The notes: generated by a model from the letters alone, not told the origin. 64,000 nucleotides of DNA from Mariniphaga sp. (GCA_041684965.1 JAWLGR010000017.1:28599-92598); one strand, 5' to 3'; positions 46,856 to 56,548 are shown, numbered from the stretch's first letter. Program-made: numbers and translations.

Positions 46856-49800
46856 ATGAGATTGAAAGTTTTACTTTTCTTAGTATTATCTGTTGGTATT
46901 CTGCATGCCCAGGAACCATACAGACAGTTGATGATCACCGAGGTCTATACTCAAAGGCCCAATCGAAATTATTGTGAAATCACAAACATGGGAAATGAAA
47001 CCATTAATTTGGGAGAATTTAAATTTGGAACATTAAATCTTTCCCATGGACGAATCTATGATGTTCACAACGACCCATGGGTTCCTCAAAATTTCAACAA
47101 TGATGTTTTCATGTTGCCCGATGTTGAACTGGCACCTGGTGAATCCTATCTAATCACAGGTGCATATGATTTTGGCCCAAGACAATATAAATTACGCCCT
47201 CCCGGTCTTGGCGCCAGCGAACGCCCAAAAAACCCTGAGTGGTACGATTTGGCTGATTTACTGCTTCATTTTCCTGAAACCAACGGTGATGAAACAGACA
47301 GCATTACTACAGGCAGATTCCATTACAATCCAATGAACATTTGGGACGGACGTAACAACTATTACCTGGAACATCATTATGCAGAAGGTGACTCTGCAGT
47401 TATCGACCAGGTTGGTGGTGTTTTTGATAACGACGGCCGTAATTTTAGTCAGGGGTACGACGTTGCTGGTGTGGAAAACGCAACAGCCAACAGTGTACTT
47501 GTCCGCAAGGCTAAATTTACCAGCGGAAACCTTGATTTTGCCAATGCCCGTGGCTTGGGATACGATGATTCGGAATGGATAGTTATTACCTATCCCAGTG
47601 GCCATGACAGCTGGCGTGATGTATGGTGGACAGTAGGAAGCCATGGCGAATATGTTCTTGATGAAAACACACTGGAATCAGATGTTATTGATGTCGATTT
47701 CGCAAATAAAAAACTTACTGTGCCATGGGGAGTTCGCCGTCTGGACGGTATCATGAACTTCATGGAGAAAAAACCAGGTATTGCATGGCATTATTACCTG
47801 AATAACGTACGTGCTGATTCAGTATACCGGTCAGTAAAAACAGGCGATACCCTGGAAGTAATTGTTACGGGTAAGGAAAGGTATGCATCTAAATTTCTGA
47901 TTGAAGTAAGTGAACCTACCAACGATGCAAATATTGTTGTCCCGATAGCACATCAAAATGTTTCTTTGGATGGCACGGGCCCAATTGTAGGCGGAACTCA
48001 AAGCGGCAATCTCAGCTGGCCAAGGGTAACCACCCATGCACATGGAACAGATACCATTTCAGGTTCGGGCCATGGACTAGCCTATGCCATGAGGTCGGAC
48101 TCCCTATTAAAATATCTGGAAAAACCAGCTAATGCAACCTGGGAGTTTGTTTGGGTCGACGGAGTTGAACGGCCTGATTTGAAAGACGGCGATAAATTGA
48201 AAGTAACTGCTGCAAACGGCGATGTGAAGGAATATCACATTGAAGTCAAGCCTCCATCCAAAAGCCACAGTGCATTGTTAAGTGCCATCACCTGGCCCGA
48301 TGTACCTGAATATTTAAAAGGAATATTTGGATGGAAGGGTGACACTATTCCCGGATTCAGTATGTCGGTTACTGACTACAAGCTTAATATTCCGCTGGAA
48401 GTAGATGGAATTCCGGCACTGGTTGCAAAAACCTTCGACATGAATGCCACGGTAGAAGTGAAGCGTGCAAAATCGCTTACCGGAACCCTGGAAGACCGTA
48501 CCATCTCCTTTATTGTCACTGCTGAAGACGATAGCGTAACCACTACGTACAATATTGAGTTGATTAAGGAAAAAGATCCAAACAAGATTCAACCTTTCTA
48601 TGGAGATCCCTTCCTGTCAGAATTTATTTATCAAGATCTCTGGTTCAACAATATGGCTGAAGTAGCTAACCCCGGTAACCAGCCACTTGACATGAGTAAT
48701 TATATGTTTGTAATGGGCTGGGGTAGTGATCCTGCTTCTCATATTACAATGAATTCAGCGCCGGAAAGCTGGTCAAACCGGTATCAAAAGTATATACCGG
48801 GTTACAAATGGGTAAATGAAACCCAGTGGCAGGTAACACCTGCAATCGCTGAACCCGATTTGAGCATTAATCCAATTGTTCAGCCGGGTGATGTATTTGC
48901 CATGGGTCACATTATTAATTCAGCAGAAAATCGTTTTGGATATATTGTGAACTATCCACAGTGGACATGGGGCGGTTTTAGGGTAGATATTAACTTCGCT
49001 ACCCGTCCAAACGATCCGGGTTTAAACAGGCACAATCTTCAAAACCCCTGGGGTGAAGATCCTGCACGTGGGGGAACACCTCTTGTGAATCCTTCCAACT
49101 ACAGTTTCATGATATTCAAAATTTTGAATGATTCTGTTAAAAATGGATTAAAACCGGCTACCGATCCAAACGATTTCCAACTGGTGGATTTGGTTGGAAA
49201 CGCCCCTGACCAATCTGGAGTCTGGAGAATCGAAGGCAAAGGTTTTAGCAACAGGGAAAGCTGGATGCGTAAACCTGAAGTATGGAAAGGAACTACAGAA
49301 CCCGGGGAATCTTTTGCCTATGGCAGCAGCTGGGAAGAATCGCAATGGAAATACTGGAATGTAGCCTACTGGAACAGTGTTGGACACCCTATCAATATTT
49401 CATGGTTCCACACTGAAACTGCCGTTGCCGAAGATATGGGAAGACATACCATGATTGAACCTACACATTATAAATCAACAGTGTCGTCCCTTGTATATAA
49501 AGTAAGTGATGGTTATTCTCTGAATGAGCAGATTAGGGGTGTAAAAACCAATACAACAGCGAGTAATTTTCTGAACAATATTATTAAACAAGATGAAAAT
49601 CAAACGCTTACACTTAAAGCAACTGCCGATGGTTCAACACTTGCTTCCGATGCAGTATTAACTCATAACGATACATTGGTTGTTCTTTCAGCCGACAGCA
49701 CCAATACCTCTAAATACATTCTGGAAGTTACTGAAGAGGGATTAAATTCAGATGCAGTCCTGACTTCAAACCTCTATAATGTTACTATTGAAACCGATCC

Positions 49801-50842
49801 GAATGGTGAAGGGGAAGCAGGAGTTGGCTCTGTTTCAGGATTTGAATACGGAACCCGATTGAGAACTGTACTGAACAACATCTCCGTTCCAATGGGAGCA
49901 ACTATGGATGTCGTAAACAGTGATGGTGCTTATGTTTCTACTAAAATCCTGAATTTTGATACGGCTTATGTAGATGTAACAGTTAACTCAGGTATTTATC
50001 TTGATGTACTGGCAGAAGATGGACTTACTCGTATTAATTACCGGTTGCTTCCATCTTCATCAGAAAACGATGCATTTATTCTTTCTGATTATTATACAAT
50101 ATCCCAGAGCAACAATCTGATCCAACTCGTTCCCCGCGGTTCCAACGTACAAACTTTTCTTTCTTATCTTGTTCCATCTACAGGTGCAACCCTTAAACTG
50201 GTTGACAAAATGGGACACGAAAGAGTTGACGGCGGAATTGCCCAGGATGACAAAGTTATTGTTACTTCTGCCAATGGACTGGTAACTAATGTTTATCATC
50301 TGTCAATGCTGAGGACTCAGTACATCCTTGATTCCAATTACCTGGCTTACATCCTTTCTAATGAATATGCAGTAGACCAGGTTAGTTACAAAGTTACAGG
50401 ACCTACCGGAAGTACCGCTGTTGCTGACTTTAATTCAAAAATCACAGCTGCAATGGGCGCTACTGCTGTTGTTGTAGATGCCGACGGCAATGAAAAAGCT
50501 TCTGGTGAATTAAGTCAGGGTGACAAAGTGAAAGTAACCTCTGCCGACGGGAAAATGGTGGTTATGTACAGTATCGAGCTTGATGTTACCTCTTCAAGGA
50601 AGCTTGCAGAAAGCAGCATCAAAGTTTACCCGAATCCAACCTCAGGAAAGGTTAACATTCAGGGACTGGAACAGGGAACACGCATCCAGGTTTACAACTA
50701 TAACGGTGCGTTGCTCAGAGATGTAAGAACCAGCTCTACACTTGAAGTGATTTCACTCGACAACCAGCCTTCCGGAATGTACCTTGTAGTACTAACAAAA
50801 GATTCCAGACTGGTAGGTCAATACAAAGTGATTCTCAGATAA
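46856..50842 (+). CDS. 1328-aa secreted protein: two lamin-tail-like domains, about six ~75-aa beta-sandwich repeats, and a T9SS C-terminal sorting domain
   Basis: It has a signal peptide. LTD-like segments: LMITEVYTQRPNRNYCEITNMGNETINLGEFKF and FLSEFIYQDLWFNNMAEVANPGNQPLDMSNYMF. The repeats end in ..KEYHIEV / TTTYNIEL / TSKYILEV / RINYRLL / NVYHLSM / VMYSIEL. The CTD is KVYPNPTSGKVNIQGL...GMYLVVLTKDSRLVGQYKVILR. Confidence 0.65.
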   Translation: MRLKVLLFLVLSVGILHAQEPYRQLMITEVYTQRPNRNYCEITNMGNETINLGEFKFGTLNLSHGRIYDVHNDPWVPQNFNNDVFMLPDVELAPGESYLITGAYDFGPRQYKLRPPGLGASERPKNPEWYDLADLLLHFPETNGDETDSITTGRFHYNPMNIWDGRNNYYLEHHYAEGDSAVIDQVGGVFDNDGRNFSQGYDVAGVENATANSVLVRKAKFTSGNLDFANARGLGYDDSEWIVITYPSGHDSWRDVWWTVGSHGEYVLDENTLESDVIDVDFANKKLTVPWGVRRLDGIMNFMEKKPGIAWHYYLNNVRADSVYRSVKTGDTLEVIVTGKERYASKFLIEVSEPTNDANIVVPIAHQNVSLDGTGPIVGGTQSGNLSWPRVTTHAHGTDTISGSGHGLAYAMRSDSLLKYLEKPANATWEFVWVDGVERPDLKDGDKLKVTAANGDVKEYHIEVKPPSKSHSALLSAITWPDVPEYLKGIFGWKGDTIPGFSMSVTDYKLNIPLEVDGIPALVAKTFDMNATVEVKRAKSLTGTLEDRTISFIVTAEDDSVTTTYNIELIKEKDPNKIQPFYGDPFLSEFIYQDLWFNNMAEVANPGNQPLDMSNYMFVMGWGSDPASHITMNSAPESWSNRYQKYIPGYKWVNETQWQVTPAIAEPDLSINPIVQPGDVFAMGHIINSAENRFGYIVNYPQWTWGGFRVDINFATRPNDPGLNRHNLQNPWGEDPARGGTPLVNPSNYSFMIFKILNDSVKNGLKPATDPNDFQLVDLVGNAPDQSGVWRIEGKGFSNRESWMRKPEVWKGTTEPGESFAYGSSWEESQWKYWNVAYWNSVGHPINISWFHTETAVAEDMGRHTMIEPTHYKSTVSSLVYKVSDGYSLNEQIRGVKTNTTASNFLNNIIKQDENQTLTLKATADGSTLASDAVLTHNDTLVVLSADSTNTSKYILEVTEEGLNSDAVLTSNLYNVTIETDPNGEGEAGVGSVSGFEYGTRLRTVLNNISVPMGATMDVVNSDGAYVSTKILNFDTAYVDVTVNSGIYLDVLAEDGLTRINYRLLPSSSENDAFILSDYYTISQSNNLIQLVPRGSNVQTFLSYLVPSTGATLKLVDKMGHERVDGGIAQDDKVIVTSANGLVTNVYHLSMLRTQYILDSNYLAYILSNEYAVDQVSYKVTGPTGSTAVADFNSKITAAMGATAVVVDADGNEKASGELSQGDKVKVTSADGKMVVMYSIELDVTSSRKLAESSIKVYPNPTSGKVNIQGLEQGTRIQVYNYNGALLRDVRTSSTLEVISLDNQPSGMYLVVLTKDSRLVGQYKVILR

Positions 50843-50871
50843 AAAATAATTATTATAATTTATTATTAAAA

Positions 50872-50901
50872 AGAACCTGTATTTGCAGGTTCTTTTTTTT
50901 T
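50872..50901 (+). terminator. rho-independent terminator after the LTD protein gene
   Basis: The stem agaacctg / caggttct (8 bp) has a 6-nt loop and is followed by a T run of 9. It sits about 30 nt after the stop codon. Confidence 0.8.
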
Positions 50902-51330
50902 GCAAAATTTTGCTTTATTTTACTATTCTTTAAGCACATGGAGGAGTAACTTCGGTTTTGACCTGAATTCTACCCTGAATAATACCCCACTGAATCCAGG
51001 AGAAACCTATCAGGTATACTATAATAAATCAAAAGAAACCAAAACATATATTGTTTCCGGGAATAATATAAAAGATGCAGACCAGAATCCTGTCTCAGAG
51101 TTTACCCTGGAGCCATACCGTTCTATCGTATTACGGGGCACAAATATTACTTAAACAGAAATTTAATGCCAGGGGTTTCCCCGATATTTTTTGCTAGTAA
51201 ATTTCTTTCCTGAGTTCAGATTTCTGATTAATCTTGTTCCTATTTTTTAAATAAAATTGTAATAAATTCTAAATTTTTATAGATTTACTGTTTTATTACC
51301 GGTTTGAATTTGAATTATAAACCTTATCCG

Positions 51331-52953
51331 ATGAAACATCTGTTGATTTTAATTATTGTCCTCTCTTTCCCGGCTTTAATAACTGCGCAGCCACCTGCAA
51401 AATTCAGTTATCAGAAAGTAATCCGGAACAGCAATAATGAGCTTGTTTTGAATACCAGAATCGGACTAAAAATAGATATACTTCAGGGTTCGGAAAGCGG
51501 AAATTCAGTCTATTCGGAAGTTCATACCACTACGACCAATAAGAACGGATTGGCAACCATTACTATTGGTTCAGAGCCAGGTGAAAGCTTAATGATTGAG
51601 AACATTGATTGGACTATCGGCCCATACTATATTAAAACAGAAATAGACCCTGCAGGAGGTACGGAATACACCATTTCAGAAACAACTCAAATTCTTAGCC
51701 TGCCTTTTGCATTGCATGCAAAGTCTGCAGAAAGATTAACCGGTCCGCTTCCTGAAACAGATCCTGTATATAAAACATCGGCAGCAGCTGAAATAAAAAA
51801 AGCAGATACCACCTTCTGGAATCAGAAACAAAGTGTTGTAACAGTCGGCAAAGGATTAAAATTATCAGGAAATGTAATTAGCATCGATGATAAATATTTT
51901 AAAGGTGACACTACCAAAGCTGTTGACCAGTTGGGAGAAGGAATTGCTGCCCGGTTTCCCGGGGATGAAGGAATAGAAAACCATGCAGCGGTTGTTTTTA
52001 CAGAGAACTTTGAAGCCGGAACACTTGCAGCTGTTCTTAATAACTGGACATGGAGCCGGGGTGCAGATGACCATCGGCTCTCACTTGACACAATTCCCGG
52101 ACCGGAAGGTTCAACGGGGAATAAAAGCCTTAAAATGACGATAAAAAACGGAGTTGGAGGCGATGGTAGCGATTTGCGAAAAATACTGGATGAAGGTCAT
52201 GAACAACTTTTCTTTCGATTTTATGTAAAGTTTGCTGAAGATTACGGATACAATCACCATTTTAACAGCCTTTCGGGTCAGATTGACCCAACCCCCTGGC
52301 CGGTAGGAAGCGCAGGTCAAAAACCAACCGACCGATTCAGCAGTACCATTGATCAGCTAACCAGGAATATCAATTTAACAGGACCTGATCATACACCTCC
52401 GGGTTATTGGATGATGTATTCCTACTGGCCGGAAATGCGGTCCTGGCAAACTGTTGAAGGAGAACCCGATGGCCGTCCGAATCCTTATTACGGAAACAAT
52501 TTTATGCCTTACAATCCGGTTCCGGCAAAACGGGGTGAATGGCAATGCATTGAGATAATGATACGTCTGAATTCCGCACCCGATAAAGCCGATGGTGCCC
52601 ATGCCTTTTGGATCGACGGAGTACTTGCCGGTCATTGGGACCCAAAGGAAGCAAACCCCGTTGAAGGTTACTGGATAAGGGAAAACTTCCGGCACAATCC
52701 AACTCATGCAAGCGCTCAACCATTCGAAGGCATGAAATGGCGTACACTGGAAGATCCTGAACAATTTGAGAAATTAAAAATAAACATTATCCGGCTCCAG
52801 AATTATGTATCCTCAACCTCATGGGAAAGTGCCCAAAATTATTTAAACAATAATCCGGGATTTAATATCAATATGGAGGAAGCTACAGTCTGGAAAGACC
52901 ATGTTGTTGTTGCTACTGAATACATCGGACCTATGGTACCTAAAGAAGAATAA
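51331..52953 (+). CDS. stalk module + jelly-roll (concanavalin-like, candidate polysaccharide lyase) domain protein, divergent member
   Basis: The ATG at 51331 (MKHLLILIIVLSFPALITAQ) is preferred over the TTG at 51304. The N-terminal ~170 aa are homologous to those of 4718-7492 and 53456-54943. The C-terminal domain has LFFRFYVKF, PDGRPNPYYGNNF, GEWQCIEIMIRLN and AFWIDGVLAGHW. Confidence 0.55.
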   Translation: MKHLLILIIVLSFPALITAQPPAKFSYQKVIRNSNNELVLNTRIGLKIDILQGSESGNSVYSEVHTTTTNKNGLATITIGSEPGESLMIENIDWTIGPYYIKTEIDPAGGTEYTISETTQILSLPFALHAKSAERLTGPLPETDPVYKTSAAAEIKKADTTFWNQKQSVVTVGKGLKLSGNVISIDDKYFKGDTTKAVDQLGEGIAARFPGDEGIENHAAVVFTENFEAGTLAAVLNNWTWSRGADDHRLSLDTIPGPEGSTGNKSLKMTIKNGVGGDGSDLRKILDEGHEQLFFRFYVKFAEDYGYNHHFNSLSGQIDPTPWPVGSAGQKPTDRFSSTIDQLTRNINLTGPDHTPPGYWMMYSYWPEMRSWQTVEGEPDGRPNPYYGNNFMPYNPVPAKRGEWQCIEIMIRLNSAPDKADGAHAFWIDGVLAGHWDPKEANPVEGYWIRENFRHNPTHASAQPFEGMKWRTLEDPEQFEKLKINIIRLQNYVSSTSWESAQNYLNNNPGFNINMEEATVWKDHVVVATEYIGPMVPKEE

Positions 52954-52969
52954 TTAAAATAATAATATT

Positions 52970-53452
52970 ATGAATTTAAAACTCATTTTAAATACGGCGC
53001 TGTTCGTATTCTTTTTAACCACTGCGAATGCACAGGTTGGTTTCTCAAGTTTTGGGGGAGATGCCTCCGGAACAGGTGGCTCAATCAGCTTTACAGCAGG
53101 ACAAGTGGTATATACTGCCCATACAGGTGTTTCTGGTTCAATCACCCAGGGTGTTCAGCAACCCTATGAAATTTCATTGATTGCAGGGATAGAAACTCCC
53201 TATGATATTAATCTTACGTTGTCAGTTTATCCAAATCCGGTAACTGATTTCCTTTACCTTAATGTCATGAATTTCAGCTCTCAAAAACTGAATTACCATC
53301 TATACGATATAAATGGCAGCACCATCGAAATGAAAAGAATTGTTTCGGATATTACAAATATAAACATGAGAAATTTTACCCCGGCTTCTTATTTTTTAAA
53401 AGTAATGGATGGTAATGAAATTATAAAAACTTATAAAATTATTAAAAACTAA
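52970..53452 (+). CDS. small secreted protein with a T9SS C-terminal sorting domain
   Basis: 160 aa with a signal peptide. It has a Gly/Ser-rich segment ending in GVQQPYEI, then LSVYPNPVTDFLYLNV...ASYFLKVMDGNEIIKTYKIIKN. Confidence 0.6.
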   Translation: MNLKLILNTALFVFFLTTANAQVGFSSFGGDASGTGGSISFTAGQVVYTAHTGVSGSITQGVQQPYEISLIAGIETPYDINLTLSVYPNPVTDFLYLNVMNFSSQKLNYHLYDINGSTIEMKRIVSDITNINMRNFTPASYFLKVMDGNEIIKTYKIIKN

Positions 53453-53455
53453 AAA

Positions 53456-54943
53456 ATGAAAAAGCTTATACTTATTGCTTTTATACACTTTATTATTTTA
53501 AACCTGACAGCCCAGGTACCTGAAAAGATGAGTTACCAGGCAGTTATTCGAAACACCGACGAACATCTGGTTGCCAATACCACCATTGGCATGCAGGTAA
53601 GTGTATTAAAGGGGTCGGAAGCCGGAGAAGTGGTTTATTCTGAAATACATACACCTAAGACCAACGCCAACGGCCTGATAAGCATTGAAATCGGTGCCGG
53701 AAGTAAATCGTGGTGGCGACCTAATTTCAAAGATATTAACTGGTCTGATGGCATTTATTTTATTAAAACAGAAATCGATCTTTATGGTGGTAGCAACTAT
53801 ACCATTACCGGAACCAGCCAGGTTTTAAGTGTTCCGTATGCCCTTCATGCAAAAACAGCTGAAACCATATCAGGTACAATCACTGAAACAGACCCGGTGT
53901 TCGGTGCTTCGGTAGCTGCAGGAATAACGAATGCCGATACTTCAAGATGGAACAACAAACAAAATAAACTTATTGCGGGTAAAGGTATTATCATTGAAGG
54001 GGATATCATCAGCATCAACCCCAATTACTTTAATGATTCCATTGAGGGAGTTGCAAAAAACTATGTGAACGACAAAAACATTGAATACGATCAGGATGTA
54101 ATTTTTGCGTCAGGGTTTGAAAACGGTTTCGCGGGATGGAGCTCCTACAATAACAATGTGAGTAAGATTATCAACCATTCCGATTCAGCTTTTTCAGGCA
54201 GCAAGGTGCTAAAAACTACTGCTACCAGATATGTAAACACAGGAGGAGACGTTACATTTAAGTTTCCGCAAGGCCAGGATCAGATATACCTGCGCTTTTA
54301 CACCAAACTGGATGAGAACACGATTATTCCCCACCATTTTGTTAAAATACAGGCTATGAGGGATGGTTTCTGGGGAAGTGCAGGGCAGGCGCCTCCTGGT
54401 GATAAGGGATATTGGACGGGAATTGAACCCCGGAGCGACCACACATGGAATTTTTACACATACTGGCACGAAATGCACAGCTGGCAAAGCTGGTCGGGTG
54501 TACCCGATGGCCGGCCGAACCCTTATTACGGAAATGTGTTTCACATGCCCGGACAAACACCTTTGGTAAAAGGTGAATGGGTTTGTGTTGAAGCAATGTT
54601 TAAAGCAAATACTCCGGGACAATACGACGGTGAACAGGCATTCTGGATCAATGGAGAAAAAATAGGCCATTGGAGAACCGGCGAACCCCTGGGGGAATGG
54701 AGGGGTGACAAGTTTACATACAACTACGGCACCAATCCGCAACCATTTGAAGGATACAACTTCAGGACCGTAGATGATTTAAAAATCAACAGTATTATCC
54801 TGCGCTGGTATGTAAGCGAGGAACACATGCAAAGTAAAAAGGCAACACACATCAACAACAGCGTATTTTTTGATAATATTGTGATTTCAACAAAATACAT
54901 TGGTCCCATGTACGACGAGAACGGACCGGTGCTGGGAAAATAA
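53456..54943 (+). CDS. stalk module + jelly-roll (candidate polysaccharide lyase) domain protein
   Basis: 495 aa. The N-terminus is very similar to the 924-aa protein (GSKSWWRPNFKDINWS, VLSVPYALHAKTAET, DPVFGASVAAGITNAD..WNNKQ). The C-terminal ~290 aa are close to 62316-63296 (IYLRFYTKLDENTIIPHHFVKI, PDGRPNPYYGNVF, EQAFWINGEKIGHW). Confidence 0.55.
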   Translation: MKKLILIAFIHFIILNLTAQVPEKMSYQAVIRNTDEHLVANTTIGMQVSVLKGSEAGEVVYSEIHTPKTNANGLISIEIGAGSKSWWRPNFKDINWSDGIYFIKTEIDLYGGSNYTITGTSQVLSVPYALHAKTAETISGTITETDPVFGASVAAGITNADTSRWNNKQNKLIAGKGIIIEGDIISINPNYFNDSIEGVAKNYVNDKNIEYDQDVIFASGFENGFAGWSSYNNNVSKIINHSDSAFSGSKVLKTTATRYVNTGGDVTFKFPQGQDQIYLRFYTKLDENTIIPHHFVKIQAMRDGFWGSAGQAPPGDKGYWTGIEPRSDHTWNFYTYWHEMHSWQSWSGVPDGRPNPYYGNVFHMPGQTPLVKGEWVCVEAMFKANTPGQYDGEQAFWINGEKIGHWRTGEPLGEWRGDKFTYNYGTNPQPFEGYNFRTVDDLKINSIILRWYVSEEHMQSKKATHINNSVFFDNIVISTKYIGPMYDENGPVLGK

Positions 54944-55019
54944 TGCAGGATCAGGCAGAGGTTTTATGGTTGTTTGACAGGGTTGATATCGTTGATTAAA
55001 CGGGTGAATAATATTGGCT

Positions 55020-56000
55020 ATGATACAATTAATACACCATACTGTTTATAGAAAATATCTGATCCTGTTTGCAGGTTTGATTCTGTTTATGGCAGCCTGT
55101 AACGTGAGAAATGTTGATTCACTGGAGCCAAAAGAGATGGAGTCCTTTGCAACTGCAACGGTTGAGGGAGGAAACCTGAGGGCTGTGTTTGCCGATAACC
55201 AGGCTTTTGCTCCCGACCACCGGGCAGGGTATAACGGAATAGCTGAATTGTACCATACCGCACAGGATTCAACTTTATTTGTGCCTGCGTTTGCCGGGTT
55301 CAACCTCGAACACATCTTCAGTGGCGACAGTCTTGAAGAGTTTTTTGAACCGCGAGTACATCCAATGTCCCTGTACAAAAAAAATGACTTCGAAGTGCTG
55401 CTTTACCAGAAAACAACTCCGGTATCCGGGGTAGAAAGCATCACTGAATTTAAGCTGGTGCCTCCTCATTACATCGATGTTACTTTCCGGTGCGTGCTGC
55501 ATGATGATAGTTACTTCCGGCACAACTATGCAGGCTTCTTTTGGGCAAGCTATATTCATCAGCCATCCGATAAAAAAATTTATTTTAAAGGTGTCCGTGA
55601 AGGTCAGACAAAAGAAGAATGGGTTTCTGCCTTTTCTGAGGAACACGGCTACAAAAGCACTCATAGAGACATAAACGACGATTTAAACCTGTATTTTATT
55701 CCCGGCTTCAGAGCACGCCTGGCCAGCAATTTCTCAGATTACCGGTTTTCTGAACCAATTTACTATGGCCGCTTTCATAATATGGCCCTGGCGTTTTTCT
55801 TCGATTCCGATGAAATTATACGATTTACCCAGTCTCCCACAGGAGGCGGCAAGCTCAATCCGGCATGGGATTTCCAGTATATCATCTCCCACCCTGTAAC
55901 CGGCAAAGAATACAGCTTTAAGGCAAGATTGGTTTATAAACCGTTTCAAAGTAATGCGGATATTGTAAAGGAGTATGAACAGTGGAAAAAGGAGAAGTAA
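55020..56000 (+). CDS. hypothetical lipoprotein
   Basis: The ATG at 55020 gives MIQLIHHTVYRKYLILFAGLILFMAACNV (lipobox). The ORF is long and clean with no family I can name. It is co-directional with the jelly-roll genes. Confidence 0.5.
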   Translation: MIQLIHHTVYRKYLILFAGLILFMAACNVRNVDSLEPKEMESFATATVEGGNLRAVFADNQAFAPDHRAGYNGIAELYHTAQDSTLFVPAFAGFNLEHIFSGDSLEEFFEPRVHPMSLYKKNDFEVLLYQKTTPVSGVESITEFKLVPPHYIDVTFRCVLHDDSYFRHNYAGFFWASYIHQPSDKKIYFKGVREGQTKEEWVSAFSEEHGYKSTHRDINDDLNLYFIPGFRARLASNFSDYRFSEPIYYGRFHNMALAFFFDSDEIIRFTQSPTGGGKLNPAWDFQYIISHPVTGKEYSFKARLVYKPFQSNADIVKEYEQWKKEK

Positions 56001-56467
56001 AATAAATCGATTCATCTCACAAATTAATCTTCCGGCTTTTTCTCTGCTCACCCCCGGGCACCAGCATTGCTGTTTTACTTCAGCCAATGGATTACAGATC
56101 ACAAAACTGCTGAGAGGCTTAAACCTCATACAACCGGACACCAATAAGAGCAGAAAATTTAATTGGTGGGATTTTGGGAATTTGTGATTTGGTGGTAAAA
56201 AGAATAAGAAAGCGATACCCCCATACAATAAAAAAGAATATAAAAAAGTGGCTGCAGCCAATTAAAACTACTGCTTGCAAAACCTGCAATTCTCTTTCAA
56301 AAAATAAATCAACGACCACGTAATATCCAGGCTTCCGAAAATCGCAATACCCTAAAATACATAAATCTAACACCCAGGCCTGATGCCTTCAATCGAATCT
56401 ATTCCAAATAACATCAGACTTAAATAAAGGAGATTGTTTGCATCGTTTTTATTCGATATATCTTCGT

Positions 56468-56548
56468 ATTAAATTCGATACAAATTCGCTATAAATTCGC
56501 GATTTTGCGAATTTGTTGCGAATTTAATCCGAATTTAATCCGAATTTA
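56468..56548. repeat. palindromic array of 11-bp phased repeats, copy 2 (3 direct + 4 inverted)
   Basis: Sequence: attaaattcg atacaaattcg ctataaattcg cgattttg cgaatttgttg cgaatttaatc cgaatttaatc cgaatttaca. It has the same orientation and the same upstream ggagat...tatatcttc flank as copy 1. It sits in a convergent intergenic region. Confidence 0.85.

Noticed and set aside
50900-51154. 84-aa ORF after the LTD gene terminator (ends ...TLEPYRSIVLRGTNIT)
   Set aside because: It starts at a TTG inside the terminator T-run and has no signal peptide or RBS-like context. It may be the C-terminal remnant of a lost gene, but I cannot support it as a functional CDS.
55734-56373. Minus-strand ORFs of 175 and 84 aa in the 56.0-56.4 kb gap
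   Set aside because: The first overlaps the end of the well-supported lipoprotein gene. The second is hydrophobic but has no recognisable start context or homolog features. The region also contains the GGTGGTAAAAAGAAT repeat motif, so I treat it as non-coding.
19700-56548. The two 11-bp repeat arrays as attL/attR of an integrated 36.8-kb element
   Set aside because: There is no integrase, excisionase, conjugation or phage gene inside or next to the bracketed region. Its content is mostly core-like glycan-utilisation genes, and both arrays sit in terminator-like convergent gaps. It is kept only as a low-priority alternative under the REP-like interpretation.
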